From NCBI RefSeq assembly GCF_018977255.1, contig NW_024704743.1, positions 66,218,001-66,282,000 of the forward strand: a stretch of DNA of 64,000 nt. Direction: 5' to 3'. This document shows positions 50,985-63,615 of this stretch, in pieces (within the stretch, counting starts at the first letter, position 1; every line of letters starts with the position of its first letter). The notes below the pieces were generated by a model that made no database searches, was not told the DNA's origin, and saw nothing but the letters and a program-made list of their open reading frames with translations. A program made the translations under genes and the position numbers. Source of the DNA: Callorhinchus milii. Taxonomy: Eukaryota.

Positions 50985-51303
50985 TAATAATAATAATAAT
51001 AATCCTTACATTTGATATAGCGCTTTTCACGTCGGGAGGACGTCCCAAAGCGCTTCACAGAACACACTGTAAAGTGAATTGACTGTATATTTGTGGGCAA
51101 AACGCGGCAGCCAATTGCACACAGTAGTGTCCAACAAACAGTCGTGGATTGAAAATGACCAATTTATTATTGTTTTATTTTGGAGGGATTATTATTAGGT
51201 GTGTGGAGTAAGGAAACTTGCCCAAGGTTTCACCCTGCCTGGAATTAAACCCAGGTGTCTCGCTTGCAAGGCGAGTGCTCTAACCCCTGAGCTACAGGAC
51301 TCC
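50985..51303 (-). mobile_element. SINE family B, short variant, well preserved
   Basis: Complete from head to (ATT)n tail, CpGs retained; lies between two L2 copies. Confidence 0.92.
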
Positions 51304-52990
51304 ATGGGGAGCCAATGGAGTCAAGCGAGAATGGGGGAGATGGGGTCATGGAGTTCAGTGCAAGAGAGGACACGGGCTGCAGAGTTCTGGATTATCTGCA
51401 GCCTGTGGAGGGAGGAGTTGGGAAGGCTGACAAGCAGGGTATTTTCATAGTCGATCCTAGAGGTGATGAAGGCATGAACAAGAGTTTCAGTGGCCTGAGG
51501 GGTGAGGTAGTGGCGGAGTTGGGCAATGTTACGGAGGTGAGGGAAGGCAGAGCGGGTCATGGCTTTAATGTGGGGAAGAAAAGACAGTTGAGGATTGAAC
51601 AAGACACCAGGTTCCTGACTGGCTGGTGAGTTGAAGTGTGCAACCATGGAGGTTGATGCTGCCAGAGCCTGAGGTGCTGAGGCACTGGCGCGAGCCAATC
51701 GGGAGGGCCTCAGTCTTGTTCATATTCAACTGTAGGACGTTAGCCCTCATCCAGGACTTGATGTCTGACAGGCAGTCTGTCGGGACAGCAGTGGTCCTGG
51801 AGTTGAAGGTGGAGGCAGAAAGATAGAGTTGGGTGTCATCCTCATACATGTGGAAGTTGACCCCATGTCTGTGGATGATGTCACCAAGGGGGAGCATGTA
51901 GATATTAAAGAGGAGAGGGCCAAGGACAGAGCCCTGGGGGACGCCAAATGTGACAGTCCAGGGGCTGGAGGAGAAACTGTTAGAGGCAACAAAGTGGAGA
52001 CGGTGAAAGAGATAGGAATCGAACCAGGCAAGGGCAGGTCCGCAAAGATTAAGTAAGGAGGAGAGGTGGTGTATGAGAACAGAGTGGTCAACAGTGTTGA
52101 ATGTGGCAGAGAGGTCAAGGAGGACAAGGAGGCAGAGGGAGCCCTGATCACAGATGTTCAGAATGTCATTAGTGACTTTGACCAGGGCTGTTTCTGTGCT
52201 GTGGGCAGCGCGGAAGTCGGATTGGATGGGTTCAAAGAGGGAATGGCGAGAGAGAAAGGAGCAGAACTCGCACGCCACGACTCGTTCCAGGACCTTGGAG
52301 AAGAATGGGAGATTAGAGATGGGGCGGTAGCTGGAGTGGAGGGATGGGTCCAGGGAAGATTTTTTCAGGATGGTGGTGATGATAGCTATTTTTAGGGGGG
52401 TGGGAACTGAACCTGTTGACAAGGAGAGGTTGATGACATCGGACAGGAGAGGGACCAGAAGGTGGAGCTGGGAGATGAGGAGAGAGGTGGGGATGGGATC
52501 AAGGGAGCAGGTGGTGGGTTTGAGTTTGCGAACAATCGCGGAGAGGGAGGAGGGAGAGATAGGGTCGAAGGAGTATAGTGGGCAAGGGTGGGGGGTGGGT
52601 CATGAAGGAGAGGTGATGTGGGGGTGGCTGTGGATGGGGCAGGGGTGGCAAGGTGGATGGAGGAGATGGTTTGTGGTGGAAAAGAGAAGCCGGCGGTTGT
52701 CCTTTGCCTCCAAGATAACCCTGGAGTAGAAGGAGGATTTGGCGGAGGCAAGAGTGCAGCAGTAGATCTTTGTGTGGTGAAGCCAGATCTGCTGATGGAC
52801 CATTAGTTTGGAATTGGTCCAGGCGCGTTCGGCAGCTCGCACTTGGCCATTCAGAGCAGAGGCAGAGGAAAGCTAGGAGGGTGGAGATTTTGAGGTGAAG
52901 GTCGGGGAGGTTTTGGGGATGTGGTAAACGAGAAGAATTTTGAGGGAAAGATTGGTAGGATGGTAGAGGGTAAGGTGCTCGAATGAGGGG
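51304..52990 (-). mobile_element. L2 LINE ORF2 (reverse transcriptase) fragment lacking its 3' end
   Basis: ORF 51565-52422: YRPISNLPFFSKVLE, HSTETALVKV, LLDLSATFNTVDH, GVPQGSVLGPLLF, YEDD in place of YADD. Confidence 0.95.
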
Positions 52991-53899
52991 AGCAGTTTAA
53001 ATCACTCAATAATTAATGTTATAAATGTTTTTTCCAACATTGTACAGTAATTCCATTATGAATAACAAAAATATGACTCTTTTTAGCAAACTGTGTGTGA
53101 TAGATCTCAATGCCATTTTTTTCCTCTAACGCTCCAAATTGTGTGATGGATTTTGCCTTCACGTGCTACAACCTGAAGGATGGAACGCTTCACTTCCATA
53201 TGGTTGCTCCATTTAATACCCAGCTGACAAAATGCCCCTATCTGAAATGGGGAAATCTGACACTGAAGCTTTTGATAGGAAGTCAACCGAACATCAGCTC
53301 AGGTTCCTAGGTCATGTATTACAAATTATTATCACTTGTTATTATACTGCAGTCAACTATGGGCACCCAGAGCAACAGAATGAACTAAAGTAACGATTTA
53401 ATGAAATAAAAGATAAATGCAAGCGTGCTATTCTTAGAACTTCTTGTGATCTAGTATAATAGTTGTTACATTAAAATACATATACTGATTCCTAGATGCC
53501 AAAACCATTCAAAAATAAACACTTCTGCAGAACATTGTATTCCATATTATTTCAACAAAGTATCTTGAAAACTTTATATTCAAGGACCAAAACAATTTTT
53601 TTGTGTAGGGGAGTCCGGTTGAGATTCAACCAGTGTTCTAGAGTACAGCTTGCATCTTGAAATGATTAATTCTGATGAAAAGAGAAGACTGTTGCAGCAA
53701 GGTGGCTGAATACAGTTTGCATTTACTTTCAATTCCCAAACTCCATTAATCTTTCGACAAAAGATGTTGCAAATTCAGTGTAGTAGCTGAAAAATCAAAC
53801 ATGGTTGCACGTGCTATTTTCCTTAAGTTATTAAAATGTAAATTAAAATGATCTGACAGTTACAGCTACAGTATTCAAGAAATAGTAACAATGAAATGC

Positions 53900-54160
53900 A
53901 ATGGATAATCATTTTTTGATGTCGGGAGGACGTTTCAAATACTTTACCCAGCTGGCTAGACATCTGAGCTGGAGGCTGGGTGAGGTGGTAGTAGGTTGGG
54001 GAGGAGCGGGGGAGGGGCGGGCGAGGTGGAAAGATGACCAAAAATGGTTCAAAGAAGCAATTCTTGAGGAGTGATTTGAAAGTCGGAAGGGAGGAGGCAG
54101 GTAGAAGGGATTCTGGGGCAGAGTACTCGAGGGCAGGAGCAGAATGGCTGAAAGCTCAGT
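53900..54160 (-). mobile_element. L2 LINE 3' end, degraded
   Basis: 'gtcgggaggacgtttcaa' tail and G-rich UTR. Confidence 0.65.
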
Positions 54161-54227
54161 GATCACAAACAGCTTGTTTTCTAATAAATGGCTATTAGAA
54201 TCTTTTAGCCAAATACAACATCTTGTT

Positions 54228-54458
54228 AAGACCGAAAAGTCCACCCAGTAGTAATCTGTAAGACCATTTTGGTTATTTAAGAACAGCGCAAAATTGTTGA
54301 GAATTCTTGAATTAAGTCTAAATTTGGAACTCAGTTTCGCTCGGTTCTTAAAACACGATCCGAGTTTCAAATTGAAACTCAATTCCAAAATTCTGTGACA
54401 TGTCAACTTTTAAGATAAAATGGTCTTTCAGGCTGAGGCTAGGTGGAATTTCGGGCTG
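54228..54458. mobile_element. Palindromic MITE-like element, copy 3
   Basis: Inverted 'aagaccatttt' / 'aaaatggtctt'; end 'ggctgaggctaggtggaatttcggg' matches copies 1 and 2. Confidence 0.65.
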
Positions 54459-54989
54459 GCTTGCGAAGCTATTTCTTTTATGTCAGGTATGGTTTCACAA
54501 GTAAGGGAGATAAGTGTCCTCTGCTCTCCATGACTACTTGCAGTCTCCTTGAAATGCTTTTCTCCCTACCTTACACAGTCGCTGAACAAATAAATCCCCA
54601 CTGAAAATCAAACTGTTGAAAAATGCTCTTTTTATGTTCTTCTCTTACTTATTCCTATTTTCTTACAGTTGGGTGGTGGCAGATAACAGTTTCATACAGA
54701 AAATTGAGGCCTTGAACCTACAATTCATTTTTNATTCAGGGTACTGAATAGCTCTGGGATTCCAAGCAATGGCTGAAGTGGGTCTGCACCAATTCATTGT
54801 TAGGAGTTCACTTGCGTTAGTTGGCGAAATGGACACTGAGTTTCTCTACATAAATACTCCATTTGTAAATCAACCACTTATCATTATTATGCATTTCTAC
54901 TGAGGAATAGGACAAAGTATCCTGAGAGGTGTAGATTTAAGGTAACATAAAGAAATCTTTTAAAGATGGAATCATTTACACATGCAGGT

Positions 54990-55372
54990 TTATTATTAAA
55001 AAAAATTGCATTTGGTATAGCACCGTTCATGTCAGGAGGTTATGTAAAAGTGCTCACATGATACTCTGTAAAATGTAGTGACTGTATTTTTGTAGGAAAC
55101 ACGTCAGCTAATTTGTGCATATGTCCTACAAACAGCAATGAATTGAATGATCAATTTATCTGGGGGATTGTTGGCCAAGACACTGGAAGAAACTCAATTC
55201 TCTTTTCAAATAGTGCATGCATGTGATCTTTAACGTCCACCTGAACAGGCAGTCGGTACCTTGTTTCAATGCCTCATCTGAAGAACGGAATCTTCAATAA
55301 TGCAACGCATACTGGTACAGCATTGGAGTGTGAACCTAGATTTTATGAATTCAAAGTGGGGCTTGAACCCAC
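54990..55372 (-). mobile_element. Deu-domain SINE (family A)
   Basis: Tail, Deu core 'gatctttaacgtccacctgaacaggcag', B-box-like 'ggggcttgaaccc'. Confidence 0.85.
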
Positions 55373-55389
55373 TGATATTTTATTGGGTT

Positions 55390-56225
55390 AAGGAATAACA
55401 TACATGCATAAATCTTTAAAGGTGGGAAAGCTTGTGGACAAAGTTGTGAAAAAAGTGATCTTAGGTTTTTTTAAGCGCTCTGAGACGCTACCCTGCATGG
55501 AGGGTGCTAAATAAGTGCACATTGTTGTTGTTCATAACTGGGAGCATAGAATACAAAAACCAAAGAAGTTATGCTTAACATCTATAAATCACTAGTTTAG
55601 CCACGGTTAGAGTAGTGTGTGCTGTTTGAACAAACTGAATCTATTTTCATTGGAACAGAGAAGATTGAGAGAAGACCTGATAGAGGTCTTCAAAATGCTG
55701 ATGAATTTCAAAGAGTAAATAGAGATGAATTATTTCCACTTGTTAGTGAGTCGGTGACTAGAGGGCATCAATTTAAGATAGTAAGGTAGCAAAAGAAGAG
55801 ATTAGTAGGGTATTTTTTGTATAAGGTTTGTCAGGATGTGAAGTGCCATGTTTGGTGCAGTGGTTGAAGTAGGTAACTATAATAATAATAATAATAATCA
55901 TAATTCGTGGATTTGATATAGCGCCTTATCACATCTTCGATATGTCTCAAAGCACTTCACAGCAAATACTGTAAAGTGAATTAATTATATATTTTGTGAG
56001 CGAAACGCAGCAGTCAATTCCGCACAGCACTTTTCCCACAAACATTTGTGGATTGAATGACCAAATTATTATTAGCTTTCAGGAGGGAACGAGATACATT
56101 GCAGAGTGGTTGGATAAGGTAGATAAATGGGATTGAATGCATTGACCTTTCAAAGAATCAGCAGAAACACGATGGGTCAAATGGCCTTCTTCTGTACTGT
56201 GAATTTCTATTGTTCTATGGTTGTA
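55390..56225 (+). mobile_element. CR1 LINE 3' region interrupted by an L2 tail (55473-55532) and a SINE 3' half (55880-56070, minus)
   Basis: IYKSLV, LEQRRLREDLIEVFK, TRGHQFKI motifs; CR1 3' UTR resumes at ~56080. Confidence 0.85.
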
Positions 56226-57242
56226 AGAGTGGGAAGCCATGCTGAACAAATTTATTGGATTTCCTTGAGGTACAGTGACAGAAAAATAGCATCTGAGCAC
56301 AGGTTCATAGAATACTGGTGTAACTCAATAAAAATAATCAGTTAAGCTGATATTTTGTACAGTGACAACTCCAATCATTTGACACTGCCTTGCTTTGGGC
56401 CACCTATTGTGATGAAGGCACTTCAAAGGAACGTCACATCTTATGGCCCTATGATTATTATTGACTGGCTTTGACTGTAGCTGTGAGACATCTGGCCAAA
56501 AATATACAAGCAAAAATAAAGTCATTCACTTCATGGTTGATGGTGGGATATTGTTGAGTGCAAAACGGCTTCCGCATTTACCTACAAATACACAACCACT
56601 GAACTTTGCAGAAAAGCTCAGTGAAGTGCTTTGTCCCAAATGCAATGAAAATCCTAGGGTGGAGTCCTACTCCCTTGTCTTGTTTCCTTCACAGCACATC
56701 GTGGAAGAGCAGACTAATAAATTACTGTCACTGTACACGGCCCTGAAATCACAGAGACCAGCAGCAGCGGATGAACTCTGAGTGCACTATGCCAATAAAG
56801 TAAGCACTGGAACTAAAATCTTTTTAAAAAACTAACTTTTGGGGGGAAAACATCCTTCAAGGGTACAAGGGCAGGTATTATTTCATATTATTGAATGGAG
56901 ATGAATAAATACCATGTGCTTTTAATTCAGACCAGTCAAGTAGAACAAACGAAGGTCAACATGATCTCAAACTAAAAACTGGCATGCGGATTGATATTTG
57001 ACTTCTATATGACTAATAAACTAGCCATTGCGGCCCTATACCTGGCTTCCCAATTAGACTAGTAGCAACAGTGTGTATAAAGAACTTTATGTTTGATTTC
57101 TTTGTATATTTCGGTAAGCTATTGTGTTTTGCTAGTTCTTACTTTTTTCAGGTTACTAAGGCAATAAACAATTAAAGTGCAGTTTTTTGTAGTATGTACT
57201 TTATGACTATGTCCACTATTGCTTTACTTTGAACCAAGGACT

Positions 57243-58330
57243 CAACAACAACAACAAGATTCCATTTATAAAGCGCCTTTCACGTCAGGAGGACGTCCCA
57301 AGGCGCTGCACAGTTGGGTCATGACCCGAGCAGGGGGAAGTGGTCAGGGTGAGGGGAGGGAGCGAGGAGGGGGAAATGGTCAGGGTGAGGGGAGGGATGG
57401 GAGGGAGCGAGAAGGGGGAAGAGAGTCGAGAGGGGAGCTGAAGGCTCGGTCAAAGAGAAAGGTTTTGAGACCAGCCTTGAAGGAGGAAAGGGAGGAAGCG
57501 GCGAAGGCACTGGGGGATAGAGTTCCAGAGCCTCGGGGCTGAGAGGCTGAAGGCCCGACCACCAATGGTAGGGCGATTGGGGCGGGGGACATGGAGCAGA
57601 CCGGAGCCGGAGGAACGGAGGGTACGGGCAGGTAGGTAGGGGGATAGTAGGTTGGAGAGGTAGGAGGGAGCGAGGCCGTGAATGGCCTTGTAGGTGAGGA
57701 TGAGGATCTTGAAATCGATCCTCTGGGGGATGGGGAGCCAGTGGAGGCGAGCGAGGGTGGGAGTGATGTGGTCGCGAAGCCTGGTGCGGGACAGTACACG
57801 AGCTGCAGAGTTCTGGATGACCTGCAGCTTGTGGATGGAGGTGGCGGGAAGGCCGACGAGGAGAGAGTTCCCATAGTCCAGCCTTGAGGTGACAAAGGCG
57901 TGAACCAGGGTTTCAGCAGCGTGAGGGGTGAGGTAGTGCCGTAGTCTGGCGATGTTCCGGAGGTGATGGAAGGCGGTGCCAGTTGTGGTGCGGATGTGAG
58001 GGAGAAAGGACAGCTCAGGGTCGAACAGAACGCCGAGGTTCCTGACTGGCTTTGAGAGGTGGAGAGTGCAGCCTTGGATGCTGATGGTGTCGGCGCCTGA
58101 GGTGCGGAAGCGCTGACGTGAGCCAATCAGGAGGGCCTCGGTTTTTCGCACGTTGAGCTGAAGAAAGTTGTCTCTCGTCCAGGACTCGATGTCGGACAGG
58201 CAGGCTGTCAGGACATCGGTGGTCGTGGAGTTGAGAGTAGAGGAGGAAAGGTAGAGTTGGGTGTCATCCGCATACATGTGGAAGTTAACTCCATGTCTGC
58301 GGATGATGTCACCAAGCGGGAGCATATAGA
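57243..58330 (-). mobile_element. Young 5'-truncated L2 LINE
   Basis: 291-aa ORF 57450-58325 with intact YADD and CpG-rich sequence; one late frameshift; full 3' UTR, stem-loop and (GTT)n tail. Confidence 0.96.
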
Positions 58331-58749
58331 GGGTGAAGGTCCTATATCGCTGCTTCTACATAAGCAAAGAAGCATCACCAAGGAGAAGAGCAACTGCAGA
58401 ATTCACACTGATCATCAGGGTTGTCAACTTTTAATGGCATAAAACTGAGGATAGTGGTGGTCTGGGGAGTCAGTGTAAGCAGTCGAAAGAGCTCTAAAAA
58501 CAGTCATCTGTATGTAGTAAGGCAATCAATGCGGTTAACTCTTTAGATTAGTTAAAAACAAGTTATGTTGTATTCGCCCACAGAACACAAAGTCACTGCA
58601 CTTTGCAATATATCCTGTGAAGCCCCTTGGCAGGTCATCCTGAACTAAAAGGCATTATACCAAATGTAAGAATTATTATTATTAGCTAATCTTAATATTT
58701 AATACATTATTCGAAACTTGAATCTCTACACTCCAGGTAAATTAGTTAC

Positions 58750-59046
58750 TGAGTTAGTCAACAGCCATGAATAACCAATTTTATTATGAGGTTTGATGGC
58801 TAGGACATCTGGAGAAACTCCCTTTCCTTTTCGAATAATGTCATAGGATCTTTAAACCCCACCTGAACAAACAAACAGGATTTCAGTTTAACATCTCAAC
58901 CAAATAATTGGTACCTCTGACAATGTAGAGTATCCCAACCTCTTCATTGGTATGTTAGCCTGGACTATGTGAATTCACTGTTCCATGTGGGGTTTAAACC
59001 TATAATCCTTGGTCTCAAATGTGAGAGTGCTACCAACTGAGCCAGC
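58750..59046 (-). mobile_element. Deu-domain SINE (family A), lacking tail
   Basis: Deu core and head 'gagagtgctaccaactgagccag'. Confidence 0.8.
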
Positions 59047-59059
59047 TATTAACAATAAT

Positions 59060-59361
59060 ATTAATAATAATAATAATCCTTGCATTTATTATAGTGCCTC
59101 ATCACACCTTTGAGACGTTTCAAAGTGCTTCACAGAATATACTGTAAAGTTAATTTTGTGGGCAAAATGCAGTGTCCCACAAACAGTAAATTACTGTTTT
59201 TTTAAGGGATTATTACCCCCGGAAAAGCAATCCACCAATTGAACAACAACCAGGCTCCTACTTACTACTAAGTAAACAGAGTCTTGTGGAGTCAGGAAGC
59301 TTGCTTAATGTTTCATCCTGTCCGGGAATCAAACTCAGGTCTCTCGCTTGCTACAAGACTC
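59060..59361 (-). mobile_element. SINE family B, long variant with deletions
   Basis: Tail, 'ggaaaagcaatccaccaa', 'gtaaacagag', and head remnant. Confidence 0.82.
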
Positions 59362-60349
59362 AACACTATTAACACCTATTTGATAACATAACAAGTAGAA
59401 TTCAGTGAGACACAATTGTAACAAAGTTGTCACAAGACACTGACTGTTGACTGCTGAGAGTGCAGAAATAGCTTAGTCATGTGTCAATCCTAGGGTATCA
59501 ACAGACAAGTCAAAGCTTTCTCATGACCTAATGCTCACTCCAACAACTATGGTTCTGCAACTGACATTTAATGCTGCACTTGAAGTTCCACAAGCAAAGG
59601 ACAAGAGATAACAGTGTGGGAGAAAGTTCCACATAAAGGAGGAATGGTTCATGAAGCTCTGCTGCTTGGCATTTTATGTGGACCTTTAATGGTTGTTGCA
59701 GGTTATACTAAAACTATGACAGGTCTTGTATCCCTGGCAAAAAACACAGAGATCTGACTTAAATTCCACTGATTCCTGTGCCATTGCCCAACCCAGAAAT
59801 CTAGAGCTGAATAAATGATCAGAACAGGTGAAGAGGAAGGCTGCACTAAAGAAGGGAACAGATTGGCACCAACGTCTGGGTGTAACCAAATCAAACATAG
59901 AAAATATTAAGCTCTAGTCAAAGCTAGCAAAAGATGAAACAGACAAATTATATATGAGAGACAAATCCCTTCCCAGCACAGTGCAGAGCAAGCCACTGAT
60001 CAAAGTACCTGGCAGTCTTCCAGCACTTTCCCTTTATCAAGCTATGCTGTAAATATAAGCATGTGCCTGGTTTTCTTCCCATTCCTTACTACCAAATGAA
60101 AGGAAAAAAGTTGATTATTAGCTAGTAAAATTGACCATGATCTAGGCCAGAAATACGATCTGACCCAAACAATATCAGTGTCATTAGATTTTGCCTTGTA
60201 TGATTGTTATACTGGAATGTCAAACATCTGACCCTTTCGGCAATAGAAAATTGATATATGTAACTGATCAAAGAAAAGAGTATTATAAAAATCCTACCCC
60301 TAGAATAAAAAATATTCTCAGAATAAAAAAGTAATATTAAATTAAATCT

Positions 60350-60880
60350 TGTTTGGACCACATTTGGATTCCTGTACTTTGGGCAGTTCTGGTCATCATA
60401 CTACAGGAAGGATATTGTAGCATTGGAGAGAGTGCAGTATAAATTTACTCGGATGTTATAAGGGATGAGTGGGCACAGTTATCAAGAAACTTTGGACAAG
60501 TTGTGATTTTTTCTCTTTAGAGATTAGACAATTGAGACACTTGATAGATATTTAAAATTATGATTTTTTTTATAAAGTGGACCTTAAAGGCTGTTTGACT
60601 TGTTGATGAATCCAAAATGAGGGGGCAACAACTATATGATAGCTAGTAGCAGATCAAAAAAAGGAATTTAGTAGGAATGTCTTTTTGCGGAGGGTGGTGA
60701 AAATGTAGAACTCATTGCCAGAAACTGTGGTTGAAGCAAAAAGCATCAACATATTTTAGAGGAAACTTGATTCATAGATGAAGGAGAAGGGAATATAGTA
60801 GATTAGGAGTTTGAAGGATTGTGTGGAGTATAAACACCAGCATGAACTGGTTGGAGTAAATTATCTATGTAAGTCTATGT
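60350..60880 (+). mobile_element. CR1 LINE 3' fragment
   Basis: QFWSSYYRKDIVALERVQ motif and CR1 3' UTR. Confidence 0.85.
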
Positions 60881-61339
60881 AAAGTCCTCAATCAAAGCAT
60901 AAAAATCTCAGTCATAGTATAAAATCATTGCTGTGCACAAAATTAGCTGCTATATTCACCCACAAAGTATACACAGTCATGTATACTTTACAGTATAATC
61001 CTATGATGCGCTTTGAGACGACTTGATGAAGCGATAAATCGCTATATCAAATGCAAGGATTATTATTATTATAATGCCGAGTCACAATATAAAAATATCC
61101 CCAATATAATCAGACTAAAAGTAAATGTGGTTTGAATAAATAAACAAGTATTACACATTAGTGTTACTGTGTTCTTTATTTAAAAAAGCCATCCTTGGGG
61201 TGGAAAATAGATTTATAATGGATTTATGATGCAATCTCACATGGAATCTGGTCTGAAACAATGCATTTTAGCTTATTGTTTGTAACAAGCATAACCATGC
61301 TGTAATGCATGGAATGGGATAGGTAACTGATTAGCACAG

Positions 61340-61570
61340 GAGCCCTCAGTGGCTCCTTGAATAAATGCACTGTGCGATGTCGTTCGGAGACATTAAGACC
61401 AGGAAGGCCCCAGATTTAATCCCCCAGTCTGTGCACGTTTAACTGATCTCAGGTCTCAGGTTAGGGAGTTTGAGTTTGACTCCAGATTTCTATTCAGTGA
61501 TTCCTGATGGAAAGTTCATACGTTTAGATATTGGGGAAGGTCAGAATGTGATTCAACTGATATCCATCCT
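61340..61570 (+). mobile_element. AmnSINE2-like old SINE, 5' part
   Basis: 'agaccaggaaggccccagatttaatcccccagtctgtgc...taactgatctcag'. Confidence 0.55.
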
Positions 61571-62679
61571 CCTGCACTTCACAAGACTTTTACTATAATA
61601 TATAATTAATTTATTTGTATGTGAACACAGCAGCCAATTTGTGCAAATCATCCAGAAACTCTTAACAATGCAGCCTGAGCATGATATTGGAGTGTAAACC
61701 TAGACATTGAGCTCAAAGGCACTTACTCATGGTTGATGAAGAACTGATCACTACATATTGCTTTTGAAATCACAAATAATATTGTATTGATTAGCATGAG
61801 GACTATGCTTTAACAATTACAAATACCAATATGTTTAAAAGTAATCAAAGTACAAATGTAAATCCTCAAATATGACAACTATGAACAACTTCTACATATT
61901 ACATTTTAAAAGCCCATCTGTCGAACAACAGTGTTCATGTTCATTTACATGCTAGCTGCTCCACATGACTCAATGGAACAAAAAGAGTAAGGGTGAAAAA
62001 TCTGATGTCCCATTCCAAGTTGCTGTGGTTGAGCAAAAGTATTTTCGATGTTCTTTACTCCTGATATTTTGAAAGGTTGAACGCATTGCACAATTGGCTT
62101 CCGCATTTCACCCACAAAACACACAGTCACTACACTTTACAGTATATCATGTGAAATGCTTTGAGATGTTTCGAAGACGTGATAAAGCGCTACATCAAAT
62201 GCAAGGATTATTATTATTATTATTGGTGAAAATCTCTTTTGCCCCCAAAGGTATGATTTTTTCAGACAAGTTACATTGCAGTGCAATGTAATCTTTGATG
62301 TTTGGCACAAATGGATAAGTATGAAATTGATTAATTATTTGCGTTCATGGCTTTCCAGTTTGCTCACTCTATCATCAGACATGATGTGGGGTGTAGTGTG
62401 GTGTATGGTTTGGGGCGTGGTCTGGTGCCTCGTGTCCTGCCAGGATTTCAAAAGAAGAATGAACATTTTGGTGGTGTAGGTTTTGATTTTTCACCTCGTC
62501 GTGTAAGGTTTGATGAAATATGGAGGCAGTCAAAGTGGGACATTTTGCCAGCTTCATGCTGTTATTTGACTTTAGTATTCCAACAAAGTGTGCTTTAACA
62601 CTTTTGCAAGTTGCACCATTGTGTTTATATGCATTTAGGCGCTATATAAATGTAATTTTGTTACTGTATATAGTACCCT

Positions 62680-63230
62680 TTCCAGCATTTATATTGTGCC
62701 TTTCCAGCGAGACAGCGTCTCAGAGCACTTAAAAGTGGTGGAGTTTGACACCGAGCTGGTGAGATCGAGGAGGTGACCATAGACACAGTCGAAGAGGAAG
62801 GTTTTCAGGTGCAATCTAACGACTGATAAGCATGGGAAAAGGCAGAGGGATTCAGACAATGAGTCCCAGAGATTCGGCCCAGATAATGGAGTGGAGCGGA
62901 TGAGTGATATGCAGAACGCTGGAGCCAGCTGAACAAAAGGCTGGGTGAATAGAGGAGTGGGTTACGAGGATTGGAGAGGTAGGGAGGTGCCAGAGCATGA
63001 AGTGATTTGTAAGTGAGTATAAGGATCCTGAAATCAATCTGCAAAAGGGAGCCAGTGGAGCCTGGCAAGGACCGGGGTGATGTGTGTGCGTGTGTGTGTG
63101 TGGAATTTGTTATAGGTGAGGACATGGGTGACAGAAGTTTGAATTAATTGGAGTTAATGAGTGGTGGAGCTGGAGAGACCGGTAAATAAGGCATTGGAAA
63201 AACCTAGGTGGGGGGGGGGGGTTGACAAAA
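62680..63230 (-). mobile_element. L2 LINE 3' fragment
   Basis: IDFRILILTYKSLHALAPPYLSN in ORF 62805-63125. Confidence 0.8.
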
Positions 63231-63249
63231 GGTGATGATGGCTACAGTA

Positions 63250-63615
63250 GGTGTCAGCCTGATATAGTTGGTAACACACTCGCCTCTGAGACACCTGTGG
63301 GCTCAAACTCCATGTTGAGACTTTGAGCATATGGCTGACATTCCTGGGAGAATCTTGAATGAGACGTTAGACTGAGGTAGGCATTAAAGATTCAAAAAGA
63401 GTAGGGAATTTCTCACAGTGTCCTGGCCAACAATTTTCCAGATACAATTAGTCATTCACTTCATCGATGTGGCCACTGATATTGGAGCGGACGAGGGACA
63501 TCCCCGCTTTCTGTAGTGACTGTGTGCAAACAGTGACTACAGAAAAACTCTGTGACGCAGTTTGAGAAATGTCAACATATTAAGGTGCTTTGGCAAATGC
63601 AAGGATTAATTATTA
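63250..63615 (+). mobile_element. Deu-domain SINE (family A), degraded
   Basis: Head 'gtgtcagcctgatatagttggtaacacactcgcctctgag', 'gtgtcctggccaacaa', and tail. Confidence 0.7.

Noticed and set aside
54733..54733. Ambiguous base n
   Set aside because: Assembly ambiguity, not biology.
57380..58126. 248-aa Pro/Ser-rich ORF and similar overlapping ORFs
   Set aside because: Alternative-frame or antisense shadows of C-rich L2 ORF2 sequence.
58416..58432. hAT-like terminus cagggttgtcaac
   Set aside because: No partner inverted terminus or 8-bp TSD found.
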